Source of the DNA: Ophelia neglecta
Lineage: Eukaryota
Assembly: GCA_965285935.1 (NCBI GenBank)
Contig: OZ260667.1
Location: forward strand, 55,304,001 to 55,368,000
DNA length: 64,000 nt
Reading direction: 5' to 3'
Part shown: one piece after another, positions 1 through 13,100 of the stretch
How the letters are laid out: each line of letters opens with the position of its first letter
How positions within the stretch are numbered: position 1 is the first letter of the stretch
The notes under the pieces: generated by a model
Database searches by the model: none
The model's input: only the letters and a program-made list of their open reading frames with translations
What the model was told of the DNA's origin: nothing
Position numbers and translations under genes: made by a program

Positions 1-1399
1 CAGGTTACCATTTCTGGCGTATCATTTTACGTGTTTTTATGAACACGGGGTGGTAAAAGTGAAGAGCACATGGTTGTGTTTGCATAGGGTATTGTTGGAG
101 AACCGCGTACAGCTTGCAAGTGAGGTGGCCATTAACTTTTAACTGGTTATTTCAGACCTCCGTGACGAATGTAATCCAGATATTTGACATAAAATCAACA
201 TATTATCGTGCCCTTGGGTTCATTAGGGAAGGAGAGAGGGTTTGACCGGCAACTTTGGGCAATGTTGGAGTAATTAGGGCGCCATTTTATGCTTACATAC
301 AGGAATTTCATTTAATTTACTGGAAGTTTAAACAAACAAACATGCAAAAATATGTTACAAGTAATTAATTAATTTGAACCTCCACTCATGGTTGTCCCAA
401 ATTATTTTTGAGCGACCCCTTCTTCTTTTGTGAAAACCACAGTAGTCATGTGTGGAAGGGTGTAGGAGGGCTAATGTACCATATTTGCTTCCAAAACTAG
501 TTTTAACTGAGAGTGGATTGAAAATATCCTTCCAGGGGATAATCTTGGAAAAGTAGTCATTTGTATAGGTAGACTAAGCCCATTTTAAGCCTCAGACGAG
601 ACGGTGTGACAAGACTTTTCATGCTACTCAAATATTAACTACTTACTACTACTTGCTCAAATATTAACTACTAACTACTACTTGCGCAGTGCATTATTAC
701 TCACCTGTGAGCGCTTAAGTATCAAGTAGAACTCAGCGTGTTATGCCTATGGTGGTGCTTCTCGCTTACAGGCCGAAATATATAGGCCTATACCTATAGC
801 CCTTTGGTTTGGCAGCAATCAATACTTTCCAGTGTCTCTAAGTGCACTGTTGTCTCCATATGCAAATGACTCGATCTTTCTCCCTACTATGTAAACGTGT
901 GCTTGCGAACTACCACTGCGTAGTACCATTACTTTGTTTTAAAAAACATCAAGTTCAGGACCTGAAAGGGATCAATTATTGTCTCCTCGTCACTACTTAA
1001 CTCTTCACCTACAGCAATACAACTCTCAATTCATAAGGTTAAGTGAACGATCCCTTGACAATTATAACGACCGCATGTATTGTATTTGGGTGTTTATATT
1101 ATTATAGCTGGCTTACTATCAGCCAAGTATCCGTGAGCCCACTAGAGGCTGCCGCCGAATAGTAACGTGTCTACTCGATGTATGGCTTCTAACTGGTATT
1201 ATCTTGGCTATCACAAGGTCGTCTTACTCGCTTTTTTATTAGGCCTAACATAAGCCTTAGTCTGTATTTTATTAAGAGCCTAACTATCACACGGCTCGCC
1301 TGACTTCACCGCTGCACCCTGGCGAACGATTGTGATACTATTTGGACTTCTATAGATCCACTTCTAGTACTTAAATCGAATGTATACCGTTCGTTATCT

Positions 1400-1980
1400 T
1401 ATTACCTGACGTCTATTGTATTGGATCAAATCCAACCTGTTTATCTACCTCTTAAGTGTGGTATGCCTTCATATGCAGTGGTAGTGTAGTAAAAAAGAAG
1501 TTGTGGCACCTAATGAATCATAATTATGTTTAATTCAATTGAAACTTCAAGCTTAAGATACAACTCAAAATCCTGTAAATTTTTAGATATGCTCCGTATA
1601 TTTAAATGGATGAGATATAAGACCTTGCATTAATTGAATCTTTAGAAGAGTAATTAATGAAAGTGTCCTCAAGAAAAACGTTGCACCTTGTTAACTTGTT
1701 CAAGTAAAGCTCATCATTAAAAGAATTTAGGTCAGGATCAACATCGTCAATAAGTGAAGTAATCTCTTTATCATTTAGTTCAAATGGGTCAAATAATCTA
1801 TTTAGCAAATTCTCTAGTCATTTTTTGCCAGTTTCACCAAATTCATGTACCGCCTCATTCAAGTCCCCATTGTCAATATTGTTGAAGGGAAAAAACAAAT
1901 CTACACAAGAAATACAAAGCCAATTATTATGTTCGCGATTATTGAGAGTATCATTTTTTGAACTGGACATATCATCGCCT
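1400..1980 (-). mobile_element. Degenerate LINE (CR1/L2-like) fragment: PHD-finger end plus N-terminus of endonuclease ORF
   Basis: Minus-strand translation gives WLCISCVDLFFPFNNIDN (1861-1923), then FDPFELND...DVDPDLNSFN...CNVFLEDTF...INARS (ORF 1602-1808). This resembles the PHD-to-APE endonuclease junction of invertebrate CR1/L2-type LINEs. Stops and frameshifts are present. Confidence 0.6.
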
Positions 1981-2011
1981 TTTCCATACATGTAAAATGC
2001 TGAAAATTCTA

Positions 2012-2221
2012 TGTTAAAATGTTAAATGTATGGGTTTTAACGTCCCTTTCAACACTTGAGAGGTCATATCGGGACAGGGAGTCTCTTGGAAAGATGAGGC
2101 GAAGGTCTGATGAATCACTCCCCCGACACAAGATTAGGTTGAAAACAGCCCTCTCAAGCTGGGTTCGAACTCAGACCTTGGAGGTCGGAGGTCCAGCACG
2201 CTACCACTGGACCACGGAGAC
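2012..2221 (-). mobile_element. tRNA-derived SINE
   Basis: Minus strand begins GTCTCCGTGGTCCAGTGGTAGCG (A-box-like), carries GAGTTCGAACCC (B-box), and ends ...GTTGAAAGGGACGTTAAAACCC plus a short simple-repeat tail. Confidence 0.75.
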
Positions 2222-2225
2222 TAGT

Positions 2226-5200
2226 CCTATTCGGCGAGGACAAATAAACATTCATTTCCGCTTCCGGTTTCCTAGCGTTCTTGCTCACCGCGATGTTCTC
2301 TTGAATTGTGTATGATAAAAAGTAACAGACGCGGCGTTGGTCGAGTACAGTATAATAAAAAAAAAGAATATGATTTCGAGAGGATAACCTTTTATTTTTC
2401 AAACGTTCACGTTTTCAAAAGAATAACTCTGAGTAACTGAGCTTTTAATATGTTCATGCTTACCTTAACCAATTGATACACATTCGCAGGCTTTTTCCGA
2501 TTCGCTTTTTGATTACCTTCATACATAGTATTTTACACCTTGTGGTTTAATATATTAATACTTATAGCTTCCTGAAGTGGTGTATTTATCATACTAATAA
2601 CACTCCACTCAACGATAACAGAAATAGAGCATAACCCTAGGTCAATGGTCCGTTCAATCCGCAAGAAACTTAATATATTAATCATGTACGAATAACAAAA
2701 CACTTTCAAATTATATGTGAGCTATTTCGTTTAAACATTTGTATTGTCACTTTGCGAACAGCACTGTTATTGGTCTAAACTGTTATATTTTTGAAGAATC
2801 GCGGAGGACAGATGTGAGCTTCTGTAGTGTTCTCATGCTCCTCTCTTGGTGTTTATGGCCAAAATGATTCCTACAATGACAAACAATCGATATGACTAGA
2901 AACACAATTTCTGTCGCAAACAAATAAGTAGATGTTTGGATTTGTACAAACAAGCCTAGATAATGACAAACACTGTGACAAAAGAGCATCTTAATCCCAT
3001 CGTATTTTCCACCCTCTCGTAAAACTTTCGGACAATGGAAAAGTTCCTTAGACACGACTTATACAGGTATTTGAAATAAATATCCCAGAGCTTCTTAAAT
3101 GTATTTTAATCAACTCTTCAATTTATTTTTCTTTGCAAGATTAATATTAAACAAACAAATATTTGGAAACCCTCTATTAATGAAATTGCCCTCAATTTAC
3201 AATCATGTGGCGCTTCCTAGAACTTCACGTTTTTCAATATTTACCATTGGTTAAGGTAGTTAAAAAGCTGGTAAAGAAGCCATCTGCCCTGCCAACCACG
3301 TTGACGTGGATTAAGTTGGTAGTAGGCAGTAAAAAATGCAGCATCGACATTGCTTGTTGCGGCGAAGGCCAGGTCATACTCGTCATGTCCATAAAATGAA
3401 GCCGGATCAAATAACACTGTAAATAAAGAAGCCCAATAACCGGGTATCTTTGATAGCAACTAATTGAGTAACTGTGTTTGCACGCTTTAAGGACTTGTAA
3501 CGTCATATAAAAGAATCCACCAGACAAATGGTATCAGCTTATCTATTCATTTGTTGTTTGCATTACAACTTTATTCACTGATTGGGAACTGTGGATTAAT
3601 GTGAGTGGTCCTGCAGCTGGTCGTGCCTGAAGATTAGGACCGAATTGATGGACTATTTTTTGATAAATGGATTTTCCATTTTAGTTTATACAAAATGTTG
3701 ATATTTTAATCATCGGAAAGAACGGGAGCATATACCCGACGCTAAAGCAAAATCAGCAAATAAGACATCCTTTTATCACAGTATTGGCATAAGTTAGTTT
3801 AAGGGTGTTACCCTCCTTCTTGGGAAAGGCATCTTCATATGTGTAGCACAGTGCGGTTAGAACAGAGAGATATTGTACAATTGTCTGTTGATTCCCTTCA
3901 TACAGCGACTTGTAACATTTGTGCGATGTATCTAGGTTACATACCAGGTCCTTCGGCCATATCAGCAACGTTGCCGGCCCACATGTCCCCATGGATTAAT
4001 GACGGTTTGACCTCTATGTCCTTGAACAGCAGTGGTAACCATGGCAGCAGTGGCGTCCACAGCTTCCGAAATTTACTAAATTTGAACTTCGAATGAAATT
4101 GGGAAGACCGTTTAAAAAAATTATCTTAGCATACATTTGTTTTTCTTAAAAAAAGACTTGACTTCAACAAAGGATTTTTGGATTTTTAAAAGTGATGTGT
4201 TGAAAAATGCCACAGGGAAAACTAATTCATATTTTGACAAAATATTCTTCAACTTGCCTGCTTCTCCAAAAGCTGAATTTGTGGTTCCATCTTGACTTTG
4301 ATAAAGAATTCCTAAAACACAATAAACACTTGTTAATGCATTCATATAAGTGTTTTCTTTTTATTCGTTGTTTGGAATAGTATGTGCGTGTGAATTGGGT
4401 GATTAGGTAGACGTGGGAGTTAAGATTACGGGTGGTTGGGGGGGGGGGTATAGAAATCAGGACGTTCAGTGGTTATATAAGCTGAGTAGTGCAGGTATAA
4501 TGAGCGGGCTGTTAGGTGGGAGAGGGGGTGGTTAGTCGCATGTGGGGTCGTGCGGGTGATTAGGATAGATGGATAGGTGGACGAGGAGTGTAGCGAGATA
4601 AAAACCAAGGGAGAGAATACCCGACTGTCAAACACAATCATTAATAGAAAACTTTCACCTTAGCCGGTCTAAATTCAAATGCGGAAAACGGAAGTTGATA
4701 ATCAGCAGACAAATTTACATTACTCAACAAGAATAGTCAATTAAATTGGTCTTCTCAATTGTCAGAATAAACATGATGTCATTATCTTCGGCAACTAACA
4801 GCCGCTGCCTAACAGACGTATATCCCCAATTCCCTAACAGTAAATAATAGTGAATCCGAATTTATTCAAAAAATAAAATAAAATTAATATCACATGCTAT
4901 TAAAAGTCAAAAGATCAGAGATTGCATTTGCGCGGGAGTTTTGGGGCAGAGGAATTACAAGGGTATAATATTAACATGGGTTTGGCCAGATTGACACATA
5001 TCATTGACGTGTAGTCTAGTCTTTTTTTTCTAAATTAAACATTTAAGCTCACCAGCCAGCTCTCCTCCCAAGTGTTGTCCTGCACGACCAGACCGTAACA
5101 CGTAGGTACATTGAAACCAAACTTCTTCACAGGAAAGTTTTGTTGGCGGTTGTGGAGATGAAGTCTAGTTCGTTGTATCAAGGTTATCACGATTACCGCA

Positions 5201-7719
5201 CAATTAATTGAAATATATGCTATTTTATTTTAGTTTAAAATTTTATACAGTTAAACAAAATTCCCTGTTCAGAATTTACAAATTATCAAAGTTTTTTTTT
5301 CAAAATTTGTCTATTTTCTGATTGAGGACTTAATTGTAAAGAAACATGACTGAGTTACAGAAGCTTGAATAAAATCAAAATAGCTTTAGTGCCAACATAC
5401 AGTATAAAAATACGGACAAATCCCTAAATTAACAAAAATTACTTTACTGACACAATAACAATGACCTAACTGATATGATAAATAGACTATTTATGTATAG
5501 ATCAATACTTGCGTTTTTACTAACCACACACCAGGTTTATTTTTAGAATCATAGGTAATTTTCAGTCATAGGTATTTCTCGGGCATGAGTATATAGGGTG
5601 TGCACTCAGTGGCTCTCCGGTGTCTACTTATAGTTTGGTTTAAATGCACTTTACCTTACCATCGTACTGATCAGTAACTTTAAAAGTGTGTACACTCCAA
5701 AATGTATCCTGTGTAGCGTGTAGCATAAAGAGGTAAAATTACTTATCATCACCTTGCAAGTTGTTTCCCGAGTTCAGCCCAGTGATTTTTCACAGGACCT
5801 CGCAATTGTACAAATTCCTCAACGAGAGCAGCGCCCCCACCCGGCACACTGATAACCTAAATTGTATAATCTCATCTTGTAAAGTTGCGAAGCGCAGTGG
5901 TTTATATCCATAAAGTAAAAGTATATACCATGCCTAGGTATCTGCTAGGTATCTTATATCCTTTGACTATTTGGATATATGGACAATGTCATGTCGAAAT
6001 ACATTTAGTGCAATCGTCAGCACATTAGCGGAGGATTGAGTATTTGTTGTGGTGTCCTCTTGTTCAATCCTTCCCAGCATGTTATATTTTATTTTACATG
6101 TACAATCAATACACTAACCTTAAATGGTATTGGACATCTGACAGTCTGGGTTCTATAAATAGCATCCAGACTAGCCCTTTCTCCCTCAAGCATCACATGA
6201 CCCTGTAATAGAAAAAATAACTTCTGCAATAACAACATATAAAACTAAAGCTAAAAGTCTTTTTTTTCACACGCCACGACTAAAAAACGCGTGTATGTAA
6301 TAGAGCTTCAGTTTAGCGGGGAGTTTCCCCATTCATTGTATGTGTATATCTTTGTAAACTTTAAAACAAGGCATATATGGGGACATTAGTTTCTAAACCA
6401 TGTAAATCTTTCATATTACAAGTGGAAATGTATATGTAATCAAGAAAAATTTCATACCTGTGCTGTCCAACTGACTTTAACGAAAACAAGACCGTTGTTT
6501 GTCCGGTAAACACGTCCGCCGCATATAACTCCGCCCTTTGCCAATCCCACAAATTCTATAGAGGGGGTTCTCAGTTCCTTTCGCAGTAAAAGTTCTAATC
6601 GTGCAAAGTCGGTGTCTGATCCCTTCACCCTTGAACCGTCCAACAATGGCATCGTCCTCTACAATTTGTAGGTTCAGTTCCACTGTGTACTAGTACTTTG
6701 GATTTAAACTTTAGTTTTAAAAGTACGTTTATGAGCTATAAAAAACAGAGGGCAGTTGAAGGAGTCACATTTGGACGGGAAATTTGGGTATTTCACATAG
6801 GTTTATCAATGAGGCCTCCCCCCCCCCTCCTACCCCACGCGGGTTACTTAGCATTTACCCTGGGCAACGTTTTTCCGCTGAAAGGCTTTGCTTTTCACAT
6901 GTTAGTATTTGGATGGGTCTATATTTGATCGATTTTGTATTTTGAAAGATCAGTAGTTCAGTTGTGGGGCACAAAAATATAAGAATATGTTACTGACAAA
7001 AATATGATGCTCTGACAACGATCCAGGATACGACTGCACTGCGGAAAACTCAACTTGTAGGTCCAAATTAAAGCATCAAAGTATCACCGCGTACTATCGT
7101 AACCTCGTCTTATTACATCAAGTGAACTATCAGCAGGGGGTCTATAATTGTCCCCTTCCCCTTAATAACTTAACTGTTCACTTTACTTGACACTGGCGGT
7201 AATACTACTCACTATTCATAAGGCATAGTGAACGATCCCTTCACAACTGACGACAGTTTATGATATCGTTGAGATGTAACGTTTTTTTATGAACATTCTC
7301 TTGTGAGCAAGTGTAGCGTTACTAGCCTTAAGCAGAGAGGCAAGGACAACGTGTTTTCTCACGATTGAGACGACATAGAAGCCAGAGATTAGCAAAGTAG
7401 TCTAGATTTCTTGTAATGCAGTAAAGATAACGATGATAATTGATGCAACTTACTTTGTTAGAGTAGATCTGTGAGAATTATTTATCAGAATTGAGTTTAA
7501 GTGTAGAGGGTTCCGGATCAGAGAGGGAACTTCCACTTGACACGTCTACATGTGATGACATTTACTATTGTTCTGAGGGACTATATCAGAAACTATTTAA
7601 TTGTATCTGCCTGTTCTGCTCTATAGTGGCAGTCTCCAACTCACCTGGGACTGTAGTGACACCTGTTGGCTGATTTAATCTATCTCTAAATACTGCTTAT
7701 TTGTGAATCCAAGTGTACA
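2226..7719. repeat. Segmental duplication unit A (contains FN3K-like paralog A)
   Basis: Colinear high similarity, including introns and flanks, to 10111-15682. Homology starts at CCTATTCGG..AGGACAAATAAACATT and ends at TCCAAGTGTACA. Confidence 0.92.
2783..6652 (-). CDS. FN3K: Fructosamine/ketosamine-3-kinase family protein, divergent paralog A (8 exons, 316 aa)
   Basis: Exons (minus strand): 6458-6652, 6119-6202, 5753-5856, 5053-5164, 4258-4311, 3945-4086, 3245-3416, 2783-2870. Total 951 nt, frame-consistent. All acceptors are AG; donors are GT except GC after exon 5. Motifs: LELLLRKELRT...GGRVY...[68 protein letters not shown]. Confidence 0.9.
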
Positions 7720-9224
7720 TCAATATATGATACATATTATAGCGTTTAAAATAAACCTTTAGAGAACATTTTGGAAACTGGTCTGGATTTTAATATTGTT
7801 TTGCATGTATACTGAACATTGAAAAGCATATAAATGTTTATTAAAATGTTGGAAGTGGCGGAAGCTAACAGCTCCTTCTAATAGGTTATATTGGCATTAC
7901 TGGTATTATAACTTTTTTTCCCTTTTTTTCATTCTCCGCTGATATAGACTACTAGGTTAAACTTACAATAGTTAAGCTATATTATAATTTGTGCAAACAT
8001 CTCAAAATACTCAAAACAAAGTAAAATTAAACTCAAACATTTGGGTAAAGTAATAATGTTATTATGTTACCCTAGGTTTACTGTGAGTATGCAGTCTACT
8101 ATGGTATTATAGTATACTAGCAGTGACCCGTGGAAAAGACCTCAGTGGAGGAAAGTATCCAAATAAGAAACAACCAAATACACAGACAAAATGGTGTAGG
8201 CCTACATAGTAACTACTTAGCAGCACCACCTGTCTCATAAAGGCAGTTTTCTTTGGTTTCAACATTTGAAATGTGACTGCTCTGTGACAGCGTAATACTG
8301 CCCTAACTGCTGCAACGGCCAGCTTTGTTCATGTAACATTCTCAATTTTGTATCTGCATATATATATACACACCCTCCATTCCCCAGAGCCCACTCTGGT
8401 ATCTGAGGTGAAACACATGATGCTTTGAAATTTCATATAAAGAAGGTTCCATTTCCAGGGTGATCAAGATTCTTAAAAGTGTAAAGTGGTTTTGCAACAC
8501 AATATTATCACAACATAAATAACAGCTATATAGCCTCTAAAAATAATTCATGTTTAGTAGCTATGAATTCTCTAAGTTGACAAAATAAGACTCTAGATTC
8601 GCAACAGATAACTGTTTCAGTTTTTTTTCTTAAATGGGAGAGAAAATTCTTGTCAGAGACCTATAAAATATTATGATAATTTTTATTTCTATAAGTTACG
8701 GTGCGATAACTTCAATATCTCTCAATAATCACACAGACCATCTTTTTCAAGAAGTTCAGTTTGTGACACTGTGCCTGATCCTTGATTGAACGCTGGGAAT
8801 GAAACGCCCAATAGGCCTGATAATAGATTGATTTCGGATCATACGGTCAATAAACTGTCATTGTCAATTCTATACTACGCCAACTTATAGACCAATTACA
8901 TCACCGAAAAAAGAATTGAAAGAGAAAAAATATACTAAATATTGGTTTCTTAATATGGGCCAATAACAGAACAATCCAGACAGGTCTGTTTTAATAAGTC
9001 TCCTTCCTCCACCCGAATGATTGTATCAAAGAACAAAACAACCCGGACCCCTGGTGCCCTACCCTAAGTCCCATTTCATACTTATGGATGTGGTGACAGG
9101 GGCCTAGAACAAAACAAACTTGATAGGTCTGCTCTGTTGGTTCCCACTCCAACATACAAATCATGTTCATGAACCGAGCAAACTGGACTTTTTACACACA
9201 CCCCCTCCCCCCTCCCTTTTATAT

Positions 9225-9790
9225 ATAAACCCTCCTCTCCTTGGCTGCCACATTTTGTGCTGTAAGCCCAACCCTCCCCCTGGCTGCCCCCTCTCCCCTC
9301 TGTAGCCTCAGTCTAGTCTTATACTGTCATTTACATGTTAATCTCTTGTGACAACAAAACAGGTTTCTCTGCATTATATCAGTACATCAGCATTGCATGA
9401 GAGTGCTATGTTAATCCCCTCCCCCCTCCTTCCCCCTTAGATAACCCTCCTCCCCTTGCCTGCCCCTTTTTGTGCTGTATGCCTAACCCTCCCCCTGGCT
9501 GCCCCCTCTCCCCTCTGTAGCCTCAGTCTAGTCTTATACTGTCATCTACATGTTAATCTCTTGTGACATCAAAACAGGTTTCTCTGCATTTTATTAGTAC
9601 ATCAGCATTGCATAAGAGTGCTAGGTAACCCACCCCCTTCCTTCCCCCCTTAGATAAGCCTCCTCCCCTTGGCTGCCAACCTCCCCCCCCCCCCAACACC
9701 CACCACCACCACCATAGCCATTTAGATGTTAATCTATTGTGTCAACAAAACAGGCTCACTCTGAATCTTATCAGTAATCAGCATGGCATG
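9225..9790. repeat. ~215-bp tandem repeat, about 2.5 copies, C-rich
   Basis: TGTAGCCTCAGTCTAGTCTTATACTGTC at 9301 and 9516; a degenerate third copy at ~9650-9790. Confidence 0.8.
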
Positions 9791-10110
9791 TTGAATCAAG
9801 GCAGGCTCAGCTCTGATGCAGTATTTCCCATGATGCACTGCTGTTGCTTGGCAACATCAGATATGGCATCAAGTATGGCTGCAAATGTTACAGACGACAG
9901 ATTTTCCCAAATTGCAAAAGCTTTTTGACTGCAAAACGCGCACAGCGCACCGCAATCTCACATACATTAGCACAACCACAGACGGTTCAGCAACAATCGG
10001 TGAAGATTTCAGGCACATCGGTTCGTTGAGGAACCGGGAAATCCATGTTGCACTACGGCAATATAATTATAGATCTGTGACTTGGTATCACAAGGTTAGC
10101 ATTCGCAAGG

Positions 10111-13100
10111 CCTATTCGGTAAGGACAAATAAACATTAATATCCGCTTTTGGTTTCTTAGCGTTCTTGATCTTCGTGAAAATTATGTTCTCCAACTACTC
10201 TTGAATTTTGTATGATAAAAAGTAACAGACGCGTTGGTCAAGGACAGATCAATAAAGAAGAATACGATTTCGAGAGAATGACTTTTGATTTTTCAAACGT
10301 TTCCCTTTTTTTCAAAATATAACTTTGAATAACCGAGCTTTTAATTGTGAATGAAATTTATGCTTATGCTTACCTGAACCAATTGATACACATTCGCAGC
10401 CTTTTTCCGATTCGCTTTTTGAATATCTTTATACATAGTGTTTTACACTATGTGGTTGAATATATTATTACTTATAGCTTCCTGAAGGGGTGTTATTATC
10501 ATACTAATAACACTCCACTCAACGACTGCAGAAATGGAGCATAACCCTAGGTCAATGGTCCGTTCAATCCACAAGAAACTTAACATATTAATAATGTACG
10601 AATAGCAAAAAACTTTCGAATTTCATGTGATCTTTTTCGTTTAAACATTTGTATTGTCACTTTGCGAACAGCACTGTTCTTGTTCTTAACTGTTATATTT
10701 TTGAAGAATCGCGGAGGACAGATGTGAGCTTCTGTAGTGTTCTCATGCTCCTCTCTTGGTGTTTATGGCCAAAATGATTCCTATAATGACAAAAAATCGA
10801 TATGACTAGAAACACAATTTCTGTCGCAAACAAATTAGTCAGTAGATGTTTGGACTTGTACAAACAAGCTAAGATAATGACAAACACTGTGATTAAAGAG
10901 CATCTTAATCCCATCTTAGTTTCCACCCTCTCGCAAAACTGTCGGGCAATGGTAAATTTCCTTAGGCACGAGTTATACAGGCATTTGAAATAAATATCCC
11001 AGAGTTTCTTAAATGTATTTTAATCAACTCTTCAAAATATGTTTCTTTGCAGGAGTAATATTAAACAAACAAATATTTGGAAATCCTCTATTAATGAAAT
11101 TGCCCTCATTTTACAATTCTGTGGCGCTACAAAGAACTTCATGTTTTTTAATATTTACCATTGGGTAATGTAATTAAATAGCTGGTAAAGAAGCCATCTG
11201 CCCTGCCATCCACGTTGACGGGGATTTAGTTGGTAATAGGCAGTAAATAATGCAGCATCGACATTGCTTGTTGCGGCGAAGGCCAGGTCATACTCGTCAT
11301 GTCCATAAAATGAAGCCGGATCAAATAACACTGTAAATAAAGAAGCCCAATAACCGGGTTTTTTTTTGATAGCCACTAAGTAAGTAACTATATTTGCCAC
11401 TTTCAGGACTTGTAGCACCCTATAAAAGAATCCATCAGACAAATGATTATCTATTCATTTGCTATTTTCATTACAGCTTGATTCACCGTTTGGGAACTGG
11501 GGATTAATGTATGTGGTCCTGCAGCTGATTATTTCGACCGAATTAATGACTATTTTTAAAGAAATGGATTTTCTTATTCTGTCAGGTATCCACTTTCATT
11601 TTAGTTTATACAAAATGTTAATATTTTAATCATCGGAAAGGACGGGAGTATATGACCGACGCTGAAGTAACATCAGCAATTAATGAAACCGTAGGACCGA
11701 TCACAGTATTGGCATAAGTTAGTTTAAGGGTGTTACCCTCCTTCTTGGGAAAGGCATCTTCATATGTGTTGCACAGTGCGGTTAGAACAGATAGATATTG
11801 TCTGTTGATTCTCTTCATACAGCGATTTGTAACATTTGTGCGATGTTTCTAGGTTACATACCAGGTCCTTCGGCCATATCAGCAACGTTGCCGGCCCACA
11901 TGTCCCCATGGATTAATGACGGTTTGACCTGTATGTCCTTGAACAGCAGTGGTAACCATGGCAGCAGTGGCGTCCACAGCTTCCGAAATTTACTAAATTT
12001 GAACTTCGAATAAAATGGACAAGTCATTTTAAAGAATTATCTTAAGCATGCTTTTAAAGAGACTAACTGGATATGAAAATCCCGTGTATACATTGGTTTT
12101 TCTAATAAATAAACACTTGACTTCAACAAAGGATTTTTGGATTTCGTAAAAGTGATGTGTTTAATAATACCGTGGGGGAAACCAATAAATATTTTGCTAA
12201 AATATTCTTCAACTTGCCTGTTTCTCCAAAAGCTGAATTTGTGGCTCCATCTTGACTTTGATAAAGAATTCCTAAAACACAATAAACACTTGTTAATGTA
12301 TTCAAATAAGTGTTTTCTTTTCTTCTATATCTGTAATATTATGTATTTGTGAAATGGGTGATTAGATAGGTGTGCCAGTTAAGATTACGGGTGTTGGGGA
12401 GTATAGAAATCAAGACGTTCGGAGGTTATAAAAGCTAAATAGTGCAGGAAGAATGAGCAAGTTGTTGGGTGGGACCTGATGTGCAGGGAGATTGGATGGT
12501 AAGTTGCATGTTGGGTTGTGCAGGTGATTAGGATAGATGGATAGGTGGACGAGGAGTGTAGCGAGATAAAAACCAAGGGAGAGAATACCCGACTGTCAAA
12601 CACAATCATTAATAGAAAACTTTCACCTTAGCCGGTCAAAATTCAAATGGGGAAAACGGAAGTTGATAATCAGCAGACAAATTTACATTATTCAACAAGA
12701 ATAGTCAATTAAATTGGTCTTCTCAATTGTCAGAATAAAAATGATGTCATTATCTTCGGCAACTAACAGCCGCTGCCTAACAGACGTATATCCACAATTC
12801 CCTAACAGTAAATAACAGTGAATCCGAATTTATTCAAAAAAATAAAATAAAATTAATATCACATGCTATAAAAAGTAAAAAGATCAGAGATTGCATTTGC
12901 GTAGGAGTTTTGGGGCAGAGGAATTACAAGGGTATAATATTAACATGGGTTTGGCCATATTGACGCATATTATTGACTTGTAGTCTAGTCTTTATATTGT
13001 TTTTCTAAATTAAACATTTAAGCTCACCAGCCAGCACTCCTCCCAAGTGTTGTCCTGCACGACCAGACCGTAACACGTAGGTACATTGAAACCAAACTTC

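Noticed and set aside
2140-2221. tRNA gene
   Set aside because: Has A/B boxes but continues into a SINE body and tail shared with other repeats; no convincing cloverleaf.
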